64,000 nt of DNA, taken from contig OX597826.1 in NCBI GenBank assembly GCA_951406725.2, positions 83,142,001 to 83,206,000 of the forward strand. Reading direction: 5' to 3'. Position 1 is the first letter of the stretch; the number at the start of each line of letters is the position of its first letter. Below the pieces are notes generated by a model, which was given only the letters and a program-made list of their open reading frames with translations, was not told where the DNA came from and did no database searches. Made by a program: the position numbers and the translations under genes. Below, piece after piece: positions 1 to 13,814 of the stretch. This stretch comes from Octopus vulgaris (Eukaryota).

Positions 1-318
1 AGATTTTGTGTGGTATTTTCTAATGTAGCCAATATTTTCCTTGCATTCCTGATTAATTATGCTAGTTCATTTAACGTCCAATTAAGAGTAATTATAACTC
101 ATTTAAAACTATGTTAATTAGAGTATTCATGCCTTTTACCTTATTTTCTTTATATTTTTCTGTTTTAATTATTAATCTGGTACACCTAAAATATCATTCC
201 TTCCTAACCATTTCATTCTTTTGTGGGTGTTAAACCACTGCCTAATTCGTAGATTCCTAAAGTATATCTATGTTTGATTCAATTCTGTTACGGCATCTGA
301 TTTATCTAGTGTGAAATT

Positions 319-2990
319 CCATCCGTCCATTTACACTTCCCGCTTTTCCTGACAGAGCTGCTAGGACAGAGTTCTCAAGCATCTCCTCCATACAGTTCCC
401 CCAGAGGCAACTGTCATTAGTTTCTTGTTGAATCTCAAGCGTGACCGACAGAGATTATGGGTATTATCCAACCATCGCATTCTTGGTCAACAACTGAGTC
501 TCTTTATCGGTTGGCTCACCACATGTTCGTAGAACCAGAACCGTGACTAAGAGCTGCTCGTTCTGGAGATCGATCTCTGATCTCTGGGCCACGCATCCTG
601 TTGATAACGTTGTTCCAGATTTCTTTCGGTGGAATCCAATTTCGGCCAACATTCATAATTATTGATGAGGATCGGCACGAAAAGCGAATTAAAGGTTGCA
701 AGATCGGCATTTTTATTACCAATATCTCATTTTCTGAGAGTTGAATACTAGAAGTGGCTCATTGCTGTACCAGACCCTACACTTCTAGCATCCAGCTCCA
801 CCTCCTGCCAACCTGCATCAGTAATATTCCACTGACATACAGAGAGAATTGGGAAGACCTTCTTGAGTGGAATGATACTTCAGTCTTCGCAACACTAATT
901 CTCGTCCTTACCTTGCAGCAATCGGCAGAGAATCATTGCAAGGTTTGCTGGAGATTACATTTTGATGAACTGAGAAACATCATGCCGTCTGCACATGTCA
1001 ATGGACCGATCCTACACCACATAATTATGATACAGCTTCCGCAACGGCTGTTCCTGCCAATGTAGTTCGTGGAAATAGTGTTGAGTGAGAAGTTTTCCAC
1101 TTCACACTATTTAACCGAACACAAACATCTGCGCAGTTATCCAGGGATTTCCCAGTAACTATAAGTTGCCCATTAATCCCAAACTCTTGTAAAATCCTCT
1201 ACAGCATGTCCTGCAGCACGTGGTTATATGTCTTTTTGAGCCATATAAACATACACTTCTTGGCAATAGGTCCATGAATTCTCAGAGTCCTGTCGTGGAG
1301 TGAATATCTAGTCGGTTGTTCTGAGTCCAGGACAGAAGTCAATTTATCTTTCAGCTACCGTACATTCGACAATTTTCCTACATCTTTTTTCCAGATACCT
1401 AGCTTAGACCTTACCAGAGAGGCTCAACAAGGAGATTCTCTAAAATTAGAAGACTCTCTTTTGTCGCCCTTTTACAAATTGGGACTGCTACGCCAGATTA
1501 CCATGGTTTTGAGGTCTTTTCAGAGGTTCATGCCACTTGGCATACACGAGTCAACAAGAGAATACCTTCGCTATTTAAGACTTTTAGCATCTCACACCAA
1601 ATGTCATCCTCTCCAAGGGCCTTGCCACATTTGAACGCTTTAACCGCACCTGTGACTACCACCTCTGTGAGGTTAGTCGTTGCCCTTAAATGCATCTGAT
1701 GGTCATCAAAATTTTTATTGCGACTGGATGCTAACTAATCTTTCCAGCTCCTAAGGATACTACTCTCAGTACAATCCCAGCCGAGATGGTACTGACAGAT
1801 TTGGAAAAGTTCTTCTTACAAACACAACAAAAGGTCTGCTTCAATTCTTTATTAGCCGATTTACTGCCGGAGTCCAGCTTAACCCCAGAGACCTTTTATT
1901 ACTTATTCTTGGACGTTTTACTGTCTCTCCTGCAACGTTTCTCACTTCAGACACAAAAGGAGAGACCCGTTTCCAAGCCGAACTGTGTAAACCTCCTTTT
2001 TTTATTCAGATGGCATTTAACTTCCTGTTTAAACTAGTTGGTCTTTCTACCATCTGATACACCACGAACCGATCCCCAGCATTTTACATTCGAAGAAGAA
2101 ACTGCCGTACAAAACAGTCGCAACTCACTTTCGACATCCTCGGTTCAGGAGAAGTCTTGATTTTCATGCAACAACTGCAGCATATATTTGCTTGTCGTTT
2201 TATTCTCTGCTTTATTCTGTAAGTTTTGTGAGTTCTCCCTGTATTAAATAGTTTCAGATTGCATACCTCCAGATTAATAGAAACTGAGACGAGATTACAA
2301 GCAGAGTGGCCAGCTCTCGCCACAGAATGTGCTAAGAGGAAGTTATCCTTGAAAAATCGAGCCGAGATGCGCGATGGCGAATGCCTACACCGCTTCCCCT
2401 CGCAATTTACCGCCTTTTCCTTATCCATGCCTGACCATCTTCAAAGGTTTGCACCTTCGCTTTCTGTGATATGAGTACGTTCCATCAATGAAGAAACCCA
2501 TATGCCTCCAGCGCCCACGGGAAGGCAAGCTTTACATGCCTTGGTTGCTAATGCGTTGAGGTTACGCCACATACAGAGACTCCTAGACGGTGAGCAGGCG
2601 TGGCTCATTTGTAAGGCGCACTTTTCTGTAGCTCGACACTTTAACGGATCTACAGTTATGGATCAAGAACAGAACAGGATTGGTCGCCGGTCATTTGAAA
2701 TGTGGTCAGACACTCATTTCCCTCTACTGGTCGGACAACAAGTTGGGTGGAAGTTAGACTTTAATAAAATAGAAAGGACTGGCAGAGGTTAAGAGCGATG
2801 GCGCACTCGAGAAAACATTTGGTGTCGATGAGGACTGAACTAGTCCCCTTGCTCTGGAGGACTTTGGGGTGGAGACCTTTATGAACAACTTTCAGAAATC
2901 CTTGGCCAGACAGTGCTGCCGGGTTTTAATCAGAGTTTTTGTAAGGTCAGATGACTGGCAGGGTGACGTTGTTTATACTTTCGAGTAGTT
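319..2990 (-). mobile_element. Degenerate RTE-clade (Expander-like) LINE, APE endonuclease plus RT, near full-length ORF, many stops/frameshifts
   Basis: Manual minus-strand translation gives RTE motifs in order: APE remnants (NVT near 2965, LNA for GDFNAH near 2555, RELAT..NLV for GAELSTDHHLV near 2300), DVESELRLF, KGDKRESSNF..ISLLSLSGKV*ARYLEKRCRKIVE, TTD*IFT, L*RILQEFGINGQL, CADG (YADD position, about 990), AEIGFHR, MRWLDNTHNL, TVWRRCL. Ends in an ATGG-like tail (GTAAATGGACGGATGG). 5' boundary approximate. Confidence 0.85.
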
Positions 2991-4169
2991 GACTACAAAA
3001 ACTACAGATTAGGGTCTATGCACAGTTAAATTAAGCAAGATAAATAAGAATCCTCTTAATGGAAGAGTAACGTCTCAAAGTCTCATGCTCAACAGGAGAA
3101 CATTCCAAGGACGGGATCCCGAAACTGGCGTGACTCATTAACAACAGGTAGTGAATCTCACTAAAGAGAAATTTAGAGCACCACCGATTATCTTTAGTGG
3201 TAGCGATAGAGAGTAGAGGCAAAACTGACCGAGTAGAAGAGATGCATAGAATTGCTAGTGGAATAGGCCTTCACTAATTTTTCGAAGTGAAACACTGACA
3301 TTCTAAGTTCTTTGTTCAATCGCGGTGAATCTCGAGGACACAAAAGTCATTCTGTAGGTCGGAGAGGGAGAGACAGGTAATGTGACCAAAAGCTACATTT
3401 CGATAACTGATGAATCGTAGGATTTTCTAGCAGCCCTTTGCCAAGCTGTTACTAGAAGTGGTGAGCTGGAGACAATGGACTTCGATTCCTCCCACAAAAA
3501 TCTACTACAACCCTCGAACGCTGTTTCAAGCTGCTACAAGAAACCGATTACATCAAACGTAGCGATAGTCGTAGTGAGCCGTAGTGCGACAGGTTTTTTG
3601 CTGAGGTTGGTTTATCCGCTCTACGAGCTTTATTGCAACGTGTCAGGTGTGATCGATATTACAGCTGTCGACTGCAATTAGCAGCAATCGTTATTGTGTT
3701 GAGAAAAGTGTAGGTTATCGCTGTTGAGAAAAGAAGATTCGGTTATGACAGTAGAAATAAACAATTTCAAACCCATAACTCTGCTCAACACAAAAGTGAA
3801 GTTTTGACACCGATATTCGCCAACAGATTGAAGTTTGTCGTTGGTAGTGAAGTAGGAGACGTGCAATTTTACGCGATCGCCGCTAGGACAATCTCTGTTC
3901 CGCGTAATACATCGTAAAGTGCGTCGTGAACAGAGCTGGCTATGGTGTCACGGGGTTCACTTTGAATCAGTTCATATCTGACAATAGGGGCGACTATCGT
4001 TACCTCTTGTTTAATTAGCTACTATTAGTGTGAGTTTCTCCAGTGGCCTGAACGATGAACATCCTACTTGTGGAATTAACCTATGGTGGTTGGCTTTTCT
4101 ATCGGGACTTGTAAGGAGCGGATCTTTGAATTACTGATACAGACTTGAAGGAAAGGAAGATATGGAAAG

Positions 4170-4325
4170 AATAATTGACCTCAGTACTCGATTGGTACTT
4201 TATTTATCAACTCTTAAAGGATAGATGGCTAAGTTGACTATGGCGTGATTTGAACTCAAACCGAACGAACAACTTTTGCAAACTATTGTATCCGACGGAC
4301 TAATGATTCAACCGTTTCACTGCCT
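4170..4325 (-). mobile_element. tRNA-derived SINE family A, degenerate
   Basis: Diverged match to the family-A blocks (GGTACTT-ATTTATC, GATTTGAACTCA) seen in better copies at 5845 and 40010. Confidence 0.6.
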
Positions 4326-4843
4326 AAACAAATGCTTTTCTTAAGATAACAAGAAATCAAACTTGTAAAGAAACACGTAATTTTAGCCAGCAATGGTTTG
4401 CGAACGTGTATGGCAAGGGGTGTGGGTTTACACACTAATCCTAGCTGTAGCTGAAGATTAGTAACCAAAAACTAAACAGCAGTTAGGTAGTAGATTAAAT
4501 ATTAAATATTAAAGCACTGACCCAGAAAATTGTTTCGTTGACGAGAGTTTATTTGTAAACAACGTGGAATGGATTGGAATGGAATGCTCTTATCTACTTA
4601 GGAAGATTTAAGTCAGAACTGTCTCCACTTGGTGTAATTGGAAAATGCTTGCCATAAGCAATTGAAGAATTATATATCAAATTTTGTCATTTTAATGTGT
4701 GCTGCTCCTCCGAATGTGACAGATCTAGGCGGAACATAACAGCAAATCTATATATTTGATCTCTGCAGTTACATTCCTGATTTTGTACCTGACAACTCTA
4801 TGCGTCCAACAGTTTGAATTATTATTTTTTCTTGTCTTTTTTT

Positions 4844-4882
<39 letters not shown>

Positions 4883-5055
4883 ATTTATATTTTATTTTCT
4901 TACTTTGTCAGAAATAACAAAACACTGAAAGTGAACGCGAGAAGTTGTCAAGTTCTGGACTACATTATCTCTGTAGATTACAGAAACAATCATTGTATTA
5001 GCAATCATGTTGAATTGACTTTGACTGTTCATTATTTCGATGTCTCTGCGTAATA

Positions 5056-5080
5056 TGCTCTCTCTCTCTTTCTCTCTCTC

Positions 5081-5152
<72 letters not shown>
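5056..5152. repeat. Compound microsatellite (CT)n-(CA)n-(TA)n
   Basis: Directly visible. Confidence 0.95.
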
Positions 5153-5154
<2 letters not shown>

Positions 5155-5316
5155 AATAGCTTCTAGCAACATAAGCTCTGCTGTACAATCGCAAACTTCA
5201 CAAAACTACACTTAATGTGCTATATCCCGTTCAATTGCCCATCCTCACTCTCGACCCCGCCCCCCACATACACACACTCACACTTCAACTCTCACTTTCT
5301 CTTTTTATCGCTCACT

Positions 5317-5380
<64 letters not shown>

Positions 5381-5844
5381 ACGACATGTATTCTTTTCCT
5401 ACAGTACTCCACTCCTCCCTCTATCCTTCTCGATCAATTTCATGTTTTATCACTTACTCTCACGAATGGTTTTCAGGATTTTTAAGGCTATTGGGGGGAA
5501 TGGGGGTGGCAGGGGGGGGGGGTAGATTTGTCTACAGACCCCAGGATCCGGTTTGTAAATGAGAGCACTCCACTAAGTTTACTCAAGGGTCTCTTAGTGG
5601 TGTTTAATCGAACGACAGATTAACTGATACAACTGAAGCCAACGAGGTATTCTCTACGCAAACATTCCAACCGCAACAAATGGCCTCCAAATCTCCTTCA
5701 AATCACATCCCCCACCGTCTTAAACAAAGGAAGGACTGCTATCAATGCACTGGAGAATGTGGCCTCGTGTTCTCCTAGGAAGATAAGGACTATTCGAACG
5801 AGGATGACATGATATAAACAACAACTACAACTACAACAATAATT

Positions 5845-6026
5845 ATCCTTTCTACTCTAGGCACAAGGCCTGAAGTTTGGGGGAGGGGTAAGTCTATTAT
5901 ATCGATCCCGATTGGATGAAGGCAAAGTCGACCTCGGCGGAATTTTAATTCAGACCGTAAGGACGGACGAAATACCGCTAAGCATTACGTCCGGCGTGCT
6001 AACGATTCTGCCAGCTCGCCGTCTTA
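5845..6026 (-). mobile_element. tRNA-derived SINE family A
   Basis: Reverse complement reads AAGACGGCGAGCTGGCAGAATCGTTAGCACGCCGGACG...CCGCCGAGGTCGACTTTGCCTTCATCC...GGCCTTGTGCCTAGAGTAGAAAGG; A-box-like TGGCAGAATCG; family recurs more than 15 times in the window. Confidence 0.85.
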
Positions 6027-6077
6027 ATGATGATGATGATGATGATGATGATCATCATCATCATCATCATCATCATC

Positions 6078-6121
<44 letters not shown>
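6027..6121. repeat. (GAT)n-(CAT)n-(AAT)n trinucleotide array
   Basis: Directly visible. Confidence 0.95.
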
Positions 6122-6122
<1 letters not shown>

Positions 6123-6695
6123 TGTTACATTAGAAAATGTAAGAAAAGTGGGGTCTAAGGAGAGAGGCAAGATATGGTATGAGCACAAAGCGCAGAGCGT
6201 GGCGGAGTCGGAGACTAGCGAAATCATTTGGGATTTCCCAATCCAAACAGATCAGGTGCCAGGGCATAACAGACCGGACCCAGTGGTGGTGGACAAGGTG
6301 CACCACATTATGCTATATAGTTGATGTTGCACGGCCCTTTGATCCACGAATAGGTAAGCGAAATGATAGATAGATAGAACCCTCTTAAGTACGAAATAGC
6401 CCGTGTATGGGAAATGAAGAAGGTGAAGATAGTGCCAATTATTTTTGGGTCCTTAGGAACAGTATCAGAAGGAGTCAAGAGGAATATAAAGGAAATTGGA
6501 ATATTGTGCCCAGTAGAACTGTTACAAAAGGTTTGCATCCTTGGCACGACCAGAATAATCAGGAATGTATTAGATAGATGAAACGAACAGATAGCATGGC
6601 GTTGTAGGCTGTAGGCAGCAAGCCCGATACACATACAAGGCTCCAGGAGTTCCAACAAAACTCGAGATAAAAATAAATAAATAATAATAATAATC
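6122..6695 (+). mobile_element. R4/Dong-clade non-LTR retrotransposon 3' fragment (restriction-like endonuclease), 5'-truncated
   Basis: WYEHKAQSVAESETSEIIWDFPIQTD..HNRPDPVVVDK..IVDVARPFD..YEIARVWEMKKVKIVPIIFGSLGTV..VELLQKVCILGTTRIIRNVLDR* (stop about 6581); A/TAA tail at 6668-6694; preceded by (TAA)n. Confidence 0.88.
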
Positions 6696-6999
6696 TTTTA
6701 CTACAACTACTACTAGTTCATATTTTTTTTAAGAATGTATGAGTTGTGTGGGGAGGGGGTTAACTGGTATTTCTAAGAGGTCTTGTGATAGCTTAGAGAG
6801 TTCTGCTGCACTGCCAGACTGTATCCTGTAAATCCCAAACTCCTTCTTATCGAAATGTTCAGCCAAGCTACAACAGAATGTTTTCATTTGAGGGAGGTTT
6901 GACGGTTATTTCTAGCTAGTGGAGCGGTCGTAGAAAGGGTTTCCTTTGTATGAATAGGTTCCAGTTGTAACAATCACCACATACATTTGCTTCAGGTTT

Positions 7000-8350
7000 C
7001 TTCTATAGACGACTAAATTTTCCACTGTGGTAAATTAACGATTTTGTTAATCTTTCTAGCAACTCTATCTTCACGCACATTTGGAGAAGAGATGTGCCAC
7101 AATAACAATTTGGTATTATACAGATTCCACTAGTTTACCATTTAGGAAATATTGCCAAAAGACAAAGAAAAGAAATGTTTGAATATAGAGAAAATATAAA
7201 CATGGCAAAATATAAACATGTTTTGGAACGACGAGTGATCGATCCCGCCACGTGGGACCTTGGCTATGCATCTTCTTGTATTGTCTAAAGATTTGAAAAT
7301 GCAATTTGGCTGAGGTAAATTTTTCGAGAAGCCTACATGTGTATATTATTTTAATCGCTAAATCAGGGTAAAGAGCTGTGCATATAATCCTCTTTTTGAG
7401 GGCCCTTGGGGCTGGTGAGAGGAAGAATGAATGCATCATCAAACCAGAAACCTAGTTTGAATGCTTTGCAAATAAAAGGAGTCCGTTACGAGACTCCTAG
7501 GATGAGAAAGTGGTGTGAAAGAGGGCAGCAGGTTATGTCTACTGCCTGGGGAGACAGTGGCAGTACTTGAACTCGGAAAGCAAAGAGCGGCAATAAATAC
7601 TGCAAAGCATCTTATCGCTCTGGACCGATATTTTATTTTCACCTCGGAAGGACGAAAGGCAAACTTGACCTCGGCGTGGTTTGTATTCCGATGCTCTACC
7701 GACTCTGCCACTCCACTCTGTAAATGTGTATTTATGTGATTGTGTCCCTGTTTGTGTTTTTGTGTTAATGCGTTTGATACAACAGCTTCAATCCGATGTT
7801 GTGATATAAATACAAACTTATCCAGTCGATAAAATATAGATCAATAAAATAAATACAAAGTCCCATGTGCTCTAGCATGGCCGGAATCCGTTGACTAAAA
7901 GAGTAAAAGACTAACACAATGTCCGAATTTATTGACTTGAAGAAATGAAGACTTGTTGCTCTTTGACAATTTCCTTATAAGAAACATTATGAAAGTAAGA
8001 GAAATGGTGTGGAATAAATAGTTTCTATATTTAATTCCAGCTTGCTTAGCCATAACTATAATTCTGAAGCATTTCTGTTGAAAATCAAGCAGCTATTGGC
8101 AACATGGAATAAAATGCTTGCAGCTTTGAATGAGATGGCAAGATGATGATAAACAGTTCTTAGAAGAACAATTATGAGAATTCTGAGAGAATATTTTGGA
8201 AGAAACGTGAATTTAATGCTGCTGTGAATAGGCTTCAATCAGGTAGAAGACATTGTATGGTCAACAAGATTTATCAAAAGATTTTAGATGTGTCTCAAAG
8301 TTTCCAAAGGATATCTTCTACAATCATCCGGATGGTGTGTAAAGGACAAA
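7000..8350 (-). mobile_element. Possible highly decayed CR1/L2-type RT remnant interrupted by SINE pieces (about 7430-7910)
   Basis: Only faint motifs: D.SK.FDK-like near 8275-8295 and SHVAG (cf. YCSHVWG) near 7245-7260. Confidence 0.3.
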
Positions 8351-9535
8351 CTGTCGCATAAAATGTTTTTCTGGTTATTTGTTTACGTCCTTTCACATTC
8401 AGAGTTCAAATCTTGCTTAGATTCAATTTGCCTTTTATCTTTCCTATGAAGATATTGTAGTCCTAAGTACATTGTATCTGAAAAATAATAGATGAAATGG
8501 TCACCGAAAGAACGCCTCTCATTATAGTTCTGCTCAAATAAAGCAAACCTGAGACGAAACATCAGCAAGATTCTATAATCACGTAACAAGGAGGCGTTAA
8601 ACAAAGTGAAGTGTGAAGATCTTACAGCAGAGGTGGCGAAATGTCCTTATATAATAACGATGCCAATGAAACTCTGTCTTAGCTTAAACTCTTCATCCCA
8701 ACATCTCTCACACCTACCTGGAGTAACTCATTGCTCACAACGCCTCCTATACCAACCATTTCTTTGAAGTCATTAAAGAAAGAATGAAAGAAAAAGAGAG
8801 AGAGGGGCGTGGAGAGAAATCGTTCTTATGTTCGTGTCTGGCAAATAAGGTGACGTCAGTATATCATCGATATATGGTCTCGGTGTTCAGCAATAGCGTT
8901 TAGAAAATCATTCGACGTGCTGAAAATACCAGCCAGACGTCTTTCTCGAACATCTTACAGTCTCCCATAAAAACATATCGCACAATATGGGATACTTAAA
9001 CACAACATTCTCGCCAATCTAACACCTTTCATATTATGAAACGCAATGCATTTATCCATCAAACAATATTTGCACAAAATGGAATGTCCCCAGGTCCTTC
9101 TTAATAAGCTCAATTAGCATCGAATTATTAACATCATAATTATTTTTCATTAAGAAAGAAACAGTAGCGCCCCTGGCACGGGCTTTGCAGCATTTGGTTA
9201 CATTCTTTTTTGTTCCTCGTTCAAATTGCGTGGGTGCTGACTTTGACTTTCATTCTTCCAGGATCGATAAAATGGAGTACCAGTCATATACGATGGTCAA
9301 TATGATTCACTATAACCTTCCTAAAAGCCAACCTACTTGTGAATTCTTTTTTATTTTCTTACATAAGTAATTAGAGAAAACAAAACCCGAGATGAATTTG
9401 TGTCGTCAGATGTCTGTAGTTTTCACACCTTTTCAGAATATAAGCATAAATACATACAAAAAGATACATACATACTTTTGTATACATGCGCAATGATTAA
9501 AAAAATAGGTGTATACACCCACACCACACACACAA

Positions 9536-9584
<49 letters not shown>

Positions 9585-9881
9585 CATACATACATATACA
9601 TACATACATATACATACATATTTGTGTGTGTGAAATGAAATAGATGACAAGAGAACAGGAATTATGTAATCAACTGTATTAGCTTACAGTTGTTTCTGCT
9701 ACATTAGCCAAAAGCTAATGAAGTCGGCTACAGAATTCCTATTCTCTTGTCCTTCATTTTGTGTCGCATTACACTCTTCATTGGCCTAACGCTTTATTCT
9801 GAACAGTATACGTATATTGAATTCTAACACCAGGTTATTAGAATCGCTATGCCGAAGCGAAATATAAGAATGTGTGTGCCT

Positions 9882-9950
<69 letters not shown>

Positions 9951-12510
9951 GCCTATTATGAAGACATGGAGCACATTTCGTAGATATGCGTTTGTTGATT
10001 TTAGACGGCTGTAATTAGTGTACAAATATAGTAAGTGTAACAAGTAATGATTCGATATTTATATATTTAATCATTAAGGATATTTGGCCGACGTTGATGT
10101 TATCCTTCATCTTTTCGGCGCCGATAAAACTAGAATCAGTTGAGCACTGGAGACGATGTACTCAGCTTACCCCCTTCCCGAAATTGCTGGCCTTGGGTCA
10201 AAGTTTGAAATCAATAATTTATAAGGATAAATATACAGGAAAAGAGAAAGGTAATGATGAGGAATAACCTAAGAATTTAAATTTCATATATTTAATGAGG
10301 ACATCGAGACATGTAGGTGTAAATGTAGCGATCAGTTAAGATCTGATATGAGAAGTTCGAACGAGAGGTGCGGCAACTTTTAACCTCAGCCGCTGAAGGG
10401 GCGGCATCGGAATATAATGTAAGTTGCGTTTATTAAAGCGGGGCAGCTCCGTACAATCATGACTGATATATCAACCTTGATAACCAGGTTAATCCGATCA
10501 AACATATCTCAGGTTATTAATATCCTGGCTATATCCATATTGTCTTATTTTTAGGCATAACGTATTCAAAACTGCTTTCTTTTTGAAGAGAGAAGGAAGT
10601 AAGTTGAAGCCGATTTCGCTAGCATTCCAAGCAGACTGAACGGTCGCGTAGACGTTAACTCGGATATTACCATATGTTGTTGTTGTTGTTGCTGTTATAG
10701 CTTGGGAAATTCAAGCACTCAGTATTAAGTGTGCTGGGCATGAAGACAGCGCCTATGGCTTGGTACAAGTATATAAATGTAGGCCTTTCTGGAGTCTATG
10801 CATTGTCATCGATTCGTCTCTCTCCGTCATCAATACAAACAATAGCTAAAGTAATATTACGTGTAGCTTCTATTTGAAGAAGATTCCTATAACACTTTTG
10901 AGAACAACAACATGTTATAAACCTTATTTATCATACGACACTTTGATCTTACCCAAAAAGCCACCCTGATGTTGCTTCATTCTTTTTCTGACAATATTGT
11001 CGACATTGCTATTAAAGATGGCGCTTTTCAAAACTTATTTTTTTAATATTCAGAAACTGAAGGTTACATTACAAGCAAGTGTATTCTAGATAATAAGTGA
11101 ATTCAGAAATATAGATAGATAGATTTAGATATGTGTGTGTGTGTGTTTGTATGTACGTGCTTGTGCATACACGCGCGAACACACGCATGCGTATATGCGA
11201 TCTGTAATATATTTATGTGATTGAGTGTATACATATATTAATATATTTAAATATTATACTTACATATATATGTGTGTGTATAGATGCATGTGTGCGTGTG
11301 TGTGTGTTTGTATTTGTGTCTGTAAATTCTATTGCTATATTCTATTATTTCCTAGTAAATAGCCTGATCGACGTGGAAATATCTTTGAAGAAATTCGGAC
11401 TAAAACACACCAAAACAATCTTGACACTCAATATGTTCGATTTCACAACATTATCTTCAAACCTTTCACTAAAAGACATTCGAGAAAGAATCGGCATTTT
11501 TCTTTTTTTTTTACCATTTCTTTTATTTGTTTTAATTCTTTTTCGCAATTCTTGTTTCGTTTTAATTTTTTTTACTGTTTCTATTCTTTTTTTTCCTCCT
11601 CTTTTTCTTCCTTTATTCGGTTTTATATACTATGGTAGTTCAGTTTTATACTGTAGTAGTTCGAAATGAAAATTATTTCCAAATAAGCACGAAGTGTAAT
11701 AAGAACTTGAATAGAATATTTCAATGATACAGGATTAATACTTCTATTATTCATGACATTTTAATGTCCCACACCGAATTGTCGGACCAACGAATATATA
11801 TCTATTTAACTGCCTTTCTATTTATCTATCTGTTCAGCTACACACCTATATACATATGTAAGTATGGTGTACATATATGTATGTGTGTGTGTTTGTATAT
11901 ATATATATATTTATATATATATATATATATACATACATACACACATATGCACACACACACAAACATTCATACATACACACATATATATTTTTCCTATGTC
12001 GCTTCGATTTTTTCCGTGGATATTTTCGTAAACATTTTTATGGTTCCTGTTTTGTGTTTTTAGCACGGAAATACAGTCACATGGAGTTCATGTGAGGCTT
12101 TAAGTTAATCTTATCCCGAATCCCTGTGGTTAATCAAATCAGTACATACATCCGTTTTCAGGAGTTTCGAGGTGTTGCGATAGATAAATCTTTAGCTCCA
12201 TTCGATTCTTTCTTTTGCAATTAATCTTTCCTGTGGAGAGTTCAGCTTCAATAGATTGTATATATTTTCGAATGAGAGAACTTCGATCGTTATAGGTTAA
12301 GGTCCTCCAACAGCAGCGGCACCCAATATTTTTCATATTTTGGCAAATCAATAAACTTAATATTATACAAAATATATTTAAATTCCGAAAAGAATAGCTC
12401 AATTAAAATTTGATGCTTTTTGGGGGAAATATTCTTGCATTAAATACAAGATTGTTGCCTTTGCACCTAATCTTCATTGCAAAGCATTTTCACGAATATT
12501 ATACATTATA

Positions 12511-12688
12511 TGCGCAGGCATCACTGTGTGGTAAGATGTAGGCTCTCCAAGCACATGGTCGCAGGTTCAGTTCCACTGGGTGGCACCCCAGAAATGTGCC
12601 TTATACTGTAGACTAGGGCCGACTAAAGCTTTGTCCGTGGATTTGGAGGACAGAAACTAAAAGAAAGCTCTGTGTGTGCGTGTATGTA

Positions 12689-12762
<74 letters not shown>

Positions 12763-12950
12763 TCGCTTGACAACAGGTGCTGCTTTGTTTACATCCTCGT
12801 TACTTAGCCACTCGGCATTAGAGACTGATAGAATAAGTGCCAGGTTTTTAAAAAAAAAAGTAAGAACTGGAGTCGATACGGTTGACTGAAACTCTTCAAC
12901 ATAGTGCCCCAGCATGACCGCAGTCCCGTGACTGAAACAAATGAAAGAAT
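12511..12950 (+). mobile_element. tRNA-derived SINE family B (CORE-like) with internal (TG)n
   Basis: Head GCGCAGGCATCACTGTGTGGTAAG..GGTTCAGTTCCACTG, body GGGCCGACTAAAGCTTTG..GGATTTGG..GAAACT.AAAGAAAGC, (TG)n, tail GATAGAATAAGT..CCCCAGCATGACCGCAGTC..TGACTGAAAC; same layout at 38300, 46970 and 61010. Confidence 0.8.
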
Positions 12951-13814
12951 GTACATTTCATCCAATTTCCTGAAGTAAACACTTTGTCTTCGCCATTCTT
13001 TCGAAATGACATCGCCACCCAATTCGATCTCTGATTCTTGTCCTCCATATACAACATAACAAAATAAACAATGTGCTCATGGCTAAATTCTCTCTTTTTT
13101 TTTTATCATAGATTTGCTCAAAGAAACCTGGAATGTGTCTGAGCAAGAACAACGACAACCATTCACCGTTATCCGATTAACCACTGAGATTTATCTTGGC
13201 CACAAACAACAACACCGCCACACCGATACGATTCGAACTTTCTACCTTTCGGCTAAATGTCTGGCACTGTATCAACTCTGACATCTATACTCTCGCTTCT
13301 CCATTTAATAATGAAATGTTCATTTTAGTCTGATTTTGACAATTTAATCTGCTGTTTCCATCTTTGTAGATGTATTTCAACGTTATGTTGTAAAGATCGA
13401 TGGCGAATATTCACCGAGCTATTTTTTTAATTAATATTTTAATACGTGTACTGCGACTAAAAACTTGTTTGTCAATATTTTCTAGAATTATCTTCCATCT
13501 ACATCAGTTATGAGGAAATACTCCACTTGTCATTAAAAACGATAAGGTGGAGAGGCAGGGCTTCTGTCGGAAATGCTACGTACAAACGCAAGAGCCAGTA
13601 TAATGTGGTGCTTTACACACATACGGTACACTTGCACACGCACGCGCGTACAAACAACGGTGTATGAGAGAGAAAATGTGTGTGAGTCTGTGTGTTTGTG
13701 TGTACCTGTATGCATGAGCACATACGTGAGTATATGCACACACATACACACACACACATAAAATCGGTATTTTTCTCAATAGCATTGAAACGAATTATTT
13801 ATTGCAGCATATAT

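Noticed and set aside
3000-4140. Possible CR1 3' remnant or RTE 5' UTR in non-microsatellite sequence
   Set aside because: Only a weak WNVL-like hint; it cannot be assigned without a search
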